Shown one piece after another: positions 27,101 through 39,100 of a DNA stretch of 64,000 bases. This DNA comes from Phoronis australis (taxonomy: Eukaryota; Animalia; Phoronida). The translations under genes and the position numbers were made by a program. The notes under the pieces were generated by a model, which had not been told where the DNA came from, did no database searches, and saw only the letters and a list, made by a program, of their open reading frames with translations. The stretch covers positions 65,712-129,711 of the forward strand of contig NMRA01000161.1 of NCBI GenBank assembly GCA_002633005.1, written 5' to 3'. Numbering within the stretch: position 1 is the first letter of the stretch; the number at the start of each line of letters is the position of its first letter.

Positions 27101-30100
27101 TTTTGAAGACTGTACGAAAATTTCAAGCCCAAGAAATCAAATGGTTTCAAAACAAATAAGCTAAACTTTTTGGCCAGATTTTGCTGTTTTATTGAATGTT
27201 TTACATGTGATCAGACATTTTAGTTTTATTAAAGGTCAAGTCATTTAATTGAAGACAAAACACTAGTACATTTGTGCGTGGCCTTGACTGGTGTGTGTGA
27301 AAGGGAATTAACTTGATGCGAATGTGTCGAGCCCCCAAGTTAAAGCCTTCCTGCAATGTGTTTGGCACGTTTTAATATCTTGGACCGTATATAATAATGC
27401 TGTTGTAACATAAAATTTAGATTTTTTAATTCTTGCGTTTATTTCTTGATTAAACGTAATCACCTTGATGAAAAAGTACCAAATTGTTGGTAACCAAATT
27501 CAACGTGTTTATGACCATGGTGTGAAGGGTTTAAGTAGACCGTTGTAGCAGCTTACATGTGTACCGTGTAATTTATATTTGTTTACATGGTAGCTTATGT
27601 TCCAGTCAATGGGAACTGGTCCAGCTGGTCGTTGTGGGAGGCTTGTTCAGTTACGTGTGGCGTTGGAGTAACCACACGACAACGGGAGTGCAACAATCCC
27701 AGGCCAGCTTTTGGAGGTCTTACATGTCGAGGAGAAATTTCAGCAAATCGCACGTGTAGTACTCAACGAAACTGCCCGGGTAGGAATACGTTTGCAGTTT
27801 GGAGGGATTTTTCCAAAGAAGCTGATACTAGATGTCTTTTCAAAGTCGACTCTGATTTGGTTTCAAGAACAAATAAAACCACAGTTCGTTAAAAATGGGT
27901 AATGATATCAATAACCCGCACGCAGATGTAATGTTACTTCGATTTGCAGCATTGTGCGTTTAGCTTTACTATCGAAATACAATGTAAAAACAATCCCCTC
28001 ATTTCGAAGTTGCTGATTAAATTGATTGCTGGAAATAAAAGTCTGCCCATCAGTTTTAACGGTTCGCTAAGAAGTCTTAGTTGTTCTTTAAGTTAGCGGC
28101 CGGTGGTCGAGTTGGGTGTATTCGACCCCTTGTGACGTCACCTGTGGCAACGGAACCCGCGTCAGAGAAAGAGTTTGTGACGACCCGGCACCGATGTATG
28201 GCGGTTCCAACTGCTCCGGTGATTCCGCCGAGGTGGAGAGCTGCACCAATGGAATCTACTGTCCTGGTAAAGTTTTCCATCGCGAAGTCAGGCCGTGCAT
28301 CCAGGAATGTTCTTTTCCGGATTTGTCTTTAATATAAAATTGTCTTATGTCATCGAGACCGTCATCACCTTCTGGATACAGTCACTGAGTCATTACAACA
28401 TCGAATGAGGACCCAACACTAAGGCTGGACAATTTTGTGCTTAAGGCCCACAAGTTTTAGTTAAAAATAAGTTTGACGCCATGTCAGTTGCTCTTGTTTT
28501 ACGGAATACCATCTTTCAATCTCTTAGCAATTGTCAGATTTCCGTATTCCATGATCATCGTATGTTTTACAGCTATCTGATTATAGTCTGTCATTGGCTT
28601 GTGGGTTACAAAATGGCAAAAGCACCTAACAAATTTGTATTATGCAGGAAAAGTTTGCACGCAAACATGGGGTCAAATAGTTTGTCGTACATCTGTATAT
28701 TTAGATAATGTTTTAAGTGAAGACGCTGCCTTTGAAAATGCCATTTGCAAAGTTAATAGTCGTCTCAATTTTTTATACAGATGTACAAATTTGGTGACTA
28801 CCGTAGACCAATTAAATCTTTGCTGACGTCATTTTTATCAGTCATTTTGGTTATTCGGCAGCCGTTTGTAAATGTAGTTCTGACATACATGTAGAAGGGT
28901 GGCGTCCGAAAACGGAATGCAAATAGGTCAAGGTACAAATGTATCTATATTGGCTTCGTCCTGGTTCTCGGCCCTATACTCTCAAAAGTAGAATAGAGTC
29001 CAGTTGCTGAAGACCTCGCGCAACTGATCGCCGTGCCAAGAAATTAAAACACACCCGGACGTTTTACACCATTCTTGACATAACATCCAACAGCCTAGAG
29101 ACTTACATGTACGCTCGTAGAAGCTTAAGCTCGTTTGCAAACCCTCGTGTGATTTCCCTTGAACCGACGTTTAAAGTGTTTGCTGGAAATAAATGTCTGC
29201 CCTTGAAATTTCACGACTGGCTAAGAAATCTTAGCTCTTCCTTCAGTTCGCGGCCAGTGGTCGACTTGGGTATATTCGACCCCTTGTGACGTCACCTGTG
29301 GCAACGGAACCCGCGTCAGAGAAAGAGCTTGTGACGACCCGGCACCGATGTATGGCGGTTCCAACTGCTCCGGTGATTCCGCCGAGTTTGTGAGCTGCAC
29401 CAATGGAATCAACTGTCCTGGTAAGAGTTTCCATCCCAAAATGAGTTGGTGTATCAAAGAATATTCCTGTTCGGGTTTGTCGTTACTGTAAAGTTATCAG
29501 AAATTGTCCAAATCGTCATCGCCTTGTGGTTACAGCTCATTAAAAGAGCATATGACGACCCAATAAAGAGGCCAGACAATGTTGTGCTTAATGCCCATAC
29601 GTTTAATTTTCGTTACAAATAAAATTTAACGCCATGCCACTTGCTATTTCTTTTACGGAAAATCATCTTTCAATCTCTTAACAATCGTCAGATTTTTGGT
29701 ATTCCGCCTTCCACGTGTTTTGCTAGTGACTTGATTATAGTTAGTCATTGGCTTGTGTATTAAAAACTGGCAAAAGTTTGTAATACAGGTACATGTATAT
29801 GTGTGTTACGCAGTGGAGAAAAGTTTGTATGTAAACATATGGTCAAATACTTTGTCGTATCACTGGATAATGTTTTAAGTGAAGACGCTGTCTTTGAAAA
29901 TCCCATTTCTAAAATTGACAGTCGTCTCAAACTTTATACAGAATTTGGGCAAACTTGACAAGTGGTTAGACTAATTAGTTATTTTTGATAACGTCATGTT
30001 TGAAGGTCATTTTAATTAATCGGCAGTTGCTGGTAATTTTGGGGGCCGTGCCAGGGAAACTAATTTAACTAAGACAACTCTTAAATTTAAGTCAATTTTA

Positions 30101-33100
30101 AGATCAAACTTAAATTTGTCTCAAGTCCGTTTCAAGAAAAATATCCTACATGTAAATTTTGATTTAAGTTTTGTCTTAATTTTGACTAATCAATTTGAGG
30201 CGAACGTGTGGACTTCCCAACTACGATGGATTTTTTGCACTTTTTGAGGTTTTGGAACGTCTATAATAATGTATGAACGAGAATAAATTTGTTCATAATA
30301 TGTGAGCCCTCGTGGAAAGCGCGGTAATATTGACGTTTTTGTTCGTTAAAATCATAACTTACGTAAGATGCAGTAGCTGTTTATTGTTTTGTATCCATGG
30401 TGCGTGACACTTAATAAAAATGTCATCGCTTGTGTTCCAATCAACGGGAGTTGGTCAGACTGGTCGTCTTAGGGTAATTGCTTAGTCACGTGTGACTTTG
30501 GCTGAACTAATCGTCAGCGAATGTGCAACAACCCCGTGCCAGATTTTGGAGGCCTCAACTGTCTAGGTATTCAGCAAAACTATCCGGGTGCGAAAAATTT
30601 TGCAATGATTTTTTCAAAGAAACTCATACTCAATATCTTTTTACAATTCGTTCTGGTTGCTTTTAAAGCATGCAGAAAGTCACTATTCGGTAATTAAATA
30701 ATAAAACGAATAGTAGTAGGTTATCAATAACCCACATCCAGGTGTAATGTTACATGTACTTCGATTTTTGGCTAAAACACCGTGTTGTGTACTTGTCTTT
30801 ACCATTGAAGTAAAATGTCAAAATACCTCACACATCAAACTTGCTGTTTAAAGTCTTTCTTGAAAATTAATGCCTGCATGTTTACGCATTTTTACGATTC
30901 CCTAATCAAGCTTAGATCTTCTTTCAGTAAATGGTCACTGGTCGTCTTGGGCATTTTCGACTCCATGTGACGTCACCTGTGGCAACGGAACCCGTGTCAG
31001 AAAAAGGGTTTGTGATGACCCAGCACCGATGTTTGGCGGTTTCAACTGTTCGGGTGATTCCGCCGAGGTTTTGAGCTGCTCTAATGGAATCCATTGTCCC
31101 GGTAGGTTTCTCATCACAAAAATCAGATCTTGTTTCAAAGAGTGTTTCTTTCTGCGTTTGGGTATTTTTTGTACACTTCTCCTTAATTTCGTCATAAGGG
31201 TTGAGGATAAGAAACTGGTCAAAACCGAGGCAATATAATTGTTGGTTCGAAGCAGCGACCAAACCAAGTCGGTATTCTAAATGTGCTAGACGGCGTGGTG
31301 CAAAATTGTAGGTAAACATTTAGTCAAATGTCGTGGTATTATTATTATGTTTTATGTTTTAGTCAGACAGCAAACTGGTGGAAAATTTTATTTAGCATCA
31401 CGAATACAACATAAACTGTGCCCCAGAGCACCTCGGAAATGGCCACTCAAATACAAAAAATGGGCAAAATTTACCGATTTTTGCATTACAATGAAGCTTT
31501 AAGAAAACTCTTTTGAAAATGCAAAGACCGTTCTCTGATAGCGATGTTCAATTTCTGCATTAAAATCATCAATATTTTTTATATTTTCCGTTCTTGTAAA
31601 CCGTTTTGAAACTACGTATTTACTTATACTATTGGAACCCTTTGAACCAGAATTGACCGAATTTGTTTTAACTTATACAATAATAACCCAAAAATTGAAT
31701 TAAACATTTTGAACATGTCCGACCAGGATGCGTGTGACAAATCATTTCTAATCGGAGTTAGGCACAAATGATGTAAGTGACAATTTATTGCTCATATAAG
31801 TACTGTGATATTTACGATTCTTTAGATTTCTTTAACTTCAGACAATTTAATTGAAGTTAAGACAACAGCATGTGTTCGGTTTAAACGTGAGTGTGTAAAC
31901 GGGCATGATAGGGACGGGAAAGTGTCGCGGGACCTCATGTTAAACACCACTTTTGTTCCAGTCAATGGGAATTGGTCAAGCTGGTCCTTGTGGGGTGCTT
32001 GCTCAGTTACCTGTGACGTTGGCGTAACTACACGAGAACGAAAGTGCAACAATCCCGTGCCAGCATTTGGAGGTCTCACGTGTCGAGGAGAAATTGCAGA
32101 AAATCGCACATGTAGTACTCAACGGAAGTGTCCGGGTACGAAAACAATGTCTTTTCGCAATCGACACTGATTTCTTTAAAAAACACAGAAATCTATAATT
32201 CACTAATGAAAACAAAAATCGTACCAGTCGATACGCTGTCAAACTAGGAGAACTACAAGCAGTATTTAACCTTATGTTAATTACCTGATCTCGAGTTGGG
32301 AGCATTTAATGATCCATACCCTGTGCATAATGTGTAAAATCGGAAAAAAACAATATCAGCACGAGTCATCCACATGGTGTTAAGTGTTCAAAGTCGTCAG
32401 TTATTGGGACGAGTTTTCCCGTAGTTTATGGCATTGCAACAAGTTTGTGGTGGTTATGACAACTCAGTGTTTGACTGCGCAGTCGCACTTTTTACCTTCC
32501 CCAGGTATGACATAAATTTGTACATATCCCGTGTTGCTGGATATTGCACACTGACGCTAAGTACGTTCATACGGCACACTCAGGCCCGTGGAGATAAGAA
32601 AAATTCAATAAATGTCCCTTTCTTCTATTTCCTAGTTTTTGAGAAAATGAATTCACGATTGTGGCATGCAGTTTTGTAAATGAAGATTTAACGATGTTGA
32701 CAATTCAGTCACTTGTCACAACAGAGTAAATGTTGGTTTTAAGCACTTGGACGACTTTGTTGGAAATTAATGCTTAAAAAGATACCAAACGCGGTTTGTG
32801 CATAGTAAGCTGCAGTGTATATTGAAATCGACTGTTCCATAGAGGTCTCTGAAACCCAATAATGCTGTGTAACTCTCGAGAACCTCCAAACGTTTAAAGC
32901 AAAATTTGTAAACACCTTTCAATATTTGCTAATCGGAAATCTGACCAACGATGTAGGCGAGTTACATGGTAACTGTGGTGACAGACCGCACTCCAAGAAC
33001 CACAGCATCCAATAGGGAGAATGAGTTGTTTGTTCAATCATGCTTTAATCGGTCAGGTGAGACGTCAATGGTGCATTACAAGATAACAGAATGGGGATTT

Positions 33101-36100
33101 GTTGCAAACTCAAAAAACATTATTTGGTATCCTTTCATCATTTCTGACTATGGAGGGAGAATTTTATAAAACGTTGTTATTGAGGATAGGACCCACACGG
33201 CCTCAAGTTTGTGTTCCACTTTGGAGGACCTATCAGCTTCCAATTTTAATGACACTCTGTGGCCGAGATGAACAATCCCAGATCACCGATGACATTACTT
33301 TTCCGCCAATGATGCCTTGCGTGCTCCTTAAATTATCACTGCTATGAATGTTTACAGTAAACGGTCATTGGTCGTCTTGGGTATATTCGACTCCATGTGA
33401 CGTCACTTGCGGCAACGGATCTCGCGTCAGACAAAGAGCTTGTGACGACCCGGCGCCGATGTTTGGCGGTTCCAACTGTTCGGGCGATTCGGTCGAGATC
33501 GTGAGCTGCTCGGACAGAGTCAACTGCCCCGGTAGGACATGTTATTCGCAAAATCAATCAGTTCTTATGTCATTCAGTGTTCCAGTCTACATAGTGTCCT
33601 TGTTGTAATTTTATCTTGATCTCGATAGGAGACAGTCATCACCAGGCTAACACAAGCTCGAAGATAAGAAGCTGGTAAAACCGAGACTATTTTGGTTTGT
33701 TAAAAACTGGACAAATCCAGTTCATTAAAAAGAAGTCGGTAACTGCTTGCCGTTCAGTTTCCGTGTAGATTGATAATTATTGCAAATATTGCTGCTTTTG
33801 TCCAAATCAATGGGATTTGGTCGAACTGGTTGACGTGGGAAGCTTGCTCAGTCACGTGTGGCGTTAGCGTAACTACACGACAACGAGAGTTCAACAGCCC
33901 GTGCCAGCTTTCAAAGGCCTCTCGTTTCATGGAAAAAGTTTACAAAATCGCAAATGCAGTTTACAACACAAATGCATGAGTACGAAAACGTTTCCTTTTT
34001 CGGGTGACTTTGTTTCAAAGAAACTGATCCTCAATATCTTTTCATAACAGTCTCTGATTTCCTTTCAAGAAAGCAAAAAGATGCTACTCGTTAATAACAT
34101 GAGTAGTGGTATCAATATCCTACACCTCACACTCCCTGGTTAAAGTTGTTTGTTGGGTATTAATGGTTAACTTATCTTACTTAACATTTTCTGTGCACTA
34201 ATAAATCTTAGCTCTTCTTTCAGTTAACGGTCAGTGGTCATCCTGGTTACATTCTTCCCCATGCGACGTCACTTGTGGCAACGGAAGCCGCGTCAGACAA
34301 AGATCTTGTGACGACCCGGCGCCGATGTTTGGCGGTTCCACCTGTTCGGGTGATTCCGTTGAGGTAGTGAGCTGCTCCGACAGAATCGTCTGTCCCGGTA
34401 GGACATGTTATTTGCAAAAATCAATAAGTTCTCATTTCATTCAGTGTTCCAGTCTCCATACTGTGTTTGTTGTAATTTTATCTTGATCTGGATAGCAGAC
34501 AGTCATCACCAGGTTAACACATGATCGAGGATAAGAAGCTGGTCAAAACCGAGACAATTTTGGTTTGTTAAAAACTGGACAAATCCAGTCCATTAAAAGG
34601 AGGCGGTAACTGCTTGCCGTTCAGTTTCCTTGTAGATTGATATTTATTGCAAATATTGTTTCTTTTGTCCCAGTCAATGGTATTTGGTCGATCTGGTTGA
34701 CGTTGGAAGTTTGCTCAGTTACGTGTGGCGTTAGCGTAACTACACGACAACGAGAGTGCAACAGTCCCGTGCCAGCTTTTAGATGTCTCTCCTCTCATAG
34801 AAATAGTTTACAAAATCGCAAATGCAGTTTACAACAAAATTGCATGAGTACTAAAACTTTTCCTGATTCGGGTGTCTTTGTTTCAAAGAAACTGATACTC
34901 AATATCTTTTCATAATGGACCTTGATATCCTCTCAAGAAAGCAGAAAGATGCGACTCCTTAATAACAGGAGTAGTGGTATCAATATCCTTCACCTCACAC
35001 TCCCTGATTAAAGTTCTTTTTTGGGTATTAATGGTTAACATATCTTACTTAATATTTTCTGTGCACTAATAAATCTTAGCTCTTCTTTCAGTTAAGGGTC
35101 AGTGGTCATCTTGGTTATATTATTCCCCATGCGACGTCACTTGTGGCAACGGAAGCCGTGTCAGACAAAGATCTTGTGACGACCCGGCGCCGATGTTTGG
35201 CGGTTCCAACTGTTCGGGTGATTCCGTCGAGGTAGTGAGCTGCTCCGCCAGAATCGGCTGTCCCGGTAGGACATGTTATTTGCAAAATCTAACAGTTCTT
35301 ATGTCATTCAGTGTTCCAGTATCTATAGTGTCCTTGTTGTAATTTCATCTTGATCTCGATAGGAGACAGCTATCACCAGACTAACCCAAGCTCGAGGATA
35401 TGAAGCTGGTCAAAACCGAGAATATTTTGGTTTGTTAAAAACAGGAGAAATCCAGTCCATTAAAAGGAGGCGGTAACAGCTTGCCGTTCATTTCCCGTGT
35501 AGATTGATATTTATTGCAAATATTAATGCTTTTGTCCCAGTCAATGGGATTTGGTCGAACTGGTCGAAGTAGGGAGCTTGCTCAGTTACTTGTGGCGTTG
35601 GCGTAACTACACGACAACGAGAGTGCAGCAGCCCCATGCCAGCTTTTGGCGGCCTCTCGTTTCATGGCAAAAGTTTACAAAATCGCATATGCAGTTTACA
35701 ACAAAATTGCACGAGTACGAAAACGTTTCGTGTTTCGGGTGTCTTTGTTTCAGAGAAACTGATACTCAATATCTTTTCATAATGGACCTTGATATCCTCT
35801 CAAGAAAGCAGAAAGATGCGACTCCTTAATAACATGAGTAGTGGTATCAATATCCTACACCTCACACTCCCTGATTAAATTTGTTTTTTGGGTATTAATG
35901 GTTAACATATCTTACTTAATATTTTCTGCGCACTAATAAATCTTAGCTCTTCTTTCAGTTAACGGTCAGTGGTCATCCTGGGTGTATTCTTCCACATGCG
36001 ACGTAACTTGTGGCAACGGAAGCCGCGTCAGACAAAGATCTTGTGACGACCCGGCGCCGATGTTTGGCGGTTCCAACTGTTCGGGTGATTCCGTCGAGGT

Positions 36101-39100
36101 AGTGAGCTGCTCCGACAGAATCGGCTGTCCCGGTAGGACATGTTATTTGTAAAATCAATCAGTTCTTATGTCATTCAGTGTTCCAGTCTCCATAGTGTCT
36201 CTTTTGTAATTTTATCTGGATCTCGATAATAGACAGTCATCACCAGACTAACCCAAGCTCGAGGATAAGAAGCTGATCAAAACCGAGACAATTTTGGTTT
36301 GTTAAAACTTGACAAATGCAGTCCACTAAAAAGAAGTCGGTAACTGCTTGCAGTTCAGTTTCCGTGTAGATTGATATTCATTGCAAATGTTGTTGCTTTT
36401 GTCCCAGTCAATGAGATTTGGTCGAACTGGTCGACGTGGGGAGCTTGCGCAGTTATGTGTGGCGTTGGCGTAACTACATGACAACGAGAGTGCAAAAGCC
36501 CCGTGCCAGCTTTTGGACTTCTCTCGTTTCATAGAAAAAGTTTACAAAATCTCATATGCAGTTTACAACAAAATCGCCTGAGTACGAAAACGTTTCCTGT
36601 TTCTGGTGACTTTTTTCTAAGAAACTGATGCTTAAAATCTTTTCGCAATGAACTCTGATTTCCTTGCAAGAAAGCAAAACGATGCTACTCGTTAATAAAA
36701 TGAGTAGTGGTATCATTATCCTACACCTCACACTCCTTGATTAAAGTTGTATTTTTGGGTAATAATGGTTAACATATATTACTTAATATTTTCTGTGCAC
36801 TAATAAATCTTAGCTCTTCTTTCAGTTAACGGTCAGTGGTCATCCTGGGTATATTCTACCACATGCGACGTCACTTGTGGCAACGGAAGCCGCGTCAGAC
36901 AAAGATCTTGTGACGATCCGGCGCCGATGTTTGGCGGTTCCAACTGTTCGGGTGATTCCGTCGAGGTAGTTAGTTGCTCCGCCAGAATCGGCTGTCCCGG
37001 TAGGACATGTTATTCGTAAAAATCAATCAGTTCTTATGTCATTCAGTGTTCCAGTCGACATAGTGTCCTTGTTGTAATTTTATCTTGATCTCGATAGGAG
37101 ACAGTCATCACCAGGCTAACACAAGCTCGAAGATAAGAAACTGGTCAAAACCGAGACAATTTTTGGCTTGTGAAAAACTGGACAATTAAAGGAGGTGGTA
37201 ACTGCTTGCCGTTCAGCTTCCGTGTAGATTCCAAATCTAGTCGCTTTTGTTCCAGTCAATGGGAATTGGTCGAACTGGTCGTCGTGGGGAGCTTGCTCAG
37301 TTACATGTGACGTCGGCTTAACTACACGACAACGACATTGCAACAGTCCTTTGCCAGCTTTTGGAGGCCTCACGTGTCATGGAAAAAGTTTACAAAATCG
37401 CACTTGCAGTGTACAACAAAACTGCTCGATTGCGAAGGCGTCTCCTGTTCCAGGTGATTTTGTTTGAAAGTAAATGAAACTTAAATTCTTTTCATAATGG
37501 GCTCGGGTTTCCTTTCAAGAACTCAAAAAAGACGCGATTCGGTAATAAAATGAGTATTGGCATCAATATCTTACACCTTCATAATTCTACATTTAAGTCT
37601 TGCAGGATATTAATGATTAAGAAACCTTACTACATGTTTTCTTTTCACTAATAAATCCTAGCTCTTCTTCCAGTTAACGGTCAGTGGTCATCTTGGACAT
37701 ATTCTACCCCTTGCGACGTTACTTGTGGCAACGGAACTCGCGTCAGACAAAGAGCTTGTGATGACCCGGCGCCGGTGTTTGGCGGTTCCAACTGTTCCGG
37801 TGATTCCGTCGAGGTAGTGAAATGCTCCAACAGAATCGGCTGTCCCGGTAGGATATGTTCTTCGCAAAAATTAATTCCTTTGTCAAAAATTGTTCCAGTC
37901 TTCATAGTGTCCTTGTTGTAATTTTATTTTGATCTCGATAGGAGACCCTCATCACCAGGCTAACAAAGGTTCGACGATAAAAGGCTGGTCAAAACTGAGG
38001 CAATCTACTTCGTTCATTAAAACATCAAATAAATCAATCCCAATAGAAAGTCGGTAGCTTCTTGCCATTAAGTTTCCGTGTAGGTTGTGATTTAATGCAA
38101 ATCTCCTTGCTTTTGTTTCAGTCAACGGGAATTGGTCGAACTGGTCATCGTGGGGGGCTTGCTCAGTTACGTGTGACGTCGGCCTTTCTGCACGACAACG
38201 AGAGTGCAACAGCCCCGTGCCAGCCTTTGGAGGCCTCACGTGTCATGGAAAAAAATTACAAAATCGCACATGTAGTTTACAACAAAACTGCCCGAGTGCG
38301 AAAACGTTTCCTGTTTCGGGTGATTTTGTTTTAAAGAAACTGATACTCAACATCATTTTATAATGGACTCAATAATAAAATGGGTAGTGGCAGCAATATC
38401 CTACACCCCTTATTTCCTGATTAAAGTCCTTGTTGGATATTAATGGTTAACTTGTCTTACTAAATGTTTTATGTTCGCTAATAGATCTTAGCTCTTCTTT
38501 CAGTTAACGGTCAATGGTCGACTTGGGTATATTCTACCCCATGTGACGTCACCTGTGGCAACGGAACCCGGGTTAGAGAAAGAGTTTGTGGCGATCCGGC
38601 GCCGATGTTTGGCGGTTTCAACTGTTCGGGCGATTCCGCCGAGACGGTGAGCTGCACTCATGGAATCGAATGTCCCGGTACGAAATTTTCCATCACATTA
38701 TATTCAGTTGTTGTAGCAGAGATTGTTCCGGTCTGGATTTTGTCATTGCTGTATGTTTATGAAAAAAAATCGTCGATAACGCAATCATTCTGTTGACACA
38801 GCCCCCGAGTCATCAAGCAGAGCGCATACACTGAATTTTGAATTTTTGACAGTTTTTTAAATTTTTTATTGTCTAAAACTGATTATTCATTTACATGTTC
38901 GTGACAAAATGAAATCGACTTGAAAAGTTAACAGTGGTCATTTTAACCACATTTCAGAAATTTCCTTTCCTTGTAGTGTTGCTTACCAGGCTTGAATGGT
39001 AGCTCACTGTAGGAATATGGCAGCTTTGACAACAAATTGTCCAATAATCACACCACCACATAAAGGACCTTTGTCAAAATGCACAACAGACAAGCAGACC

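Larger units (their letters stand above)
33358..38677 (+). repeat. Tandem array of ~867-bp [B exon-intron-A exon-intron] units (~6 copies)
   Basis: B exon starts 33358, 34224, 35092, 35959, 36826, 37674, 38504; introns align. Confidence 0.95.
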
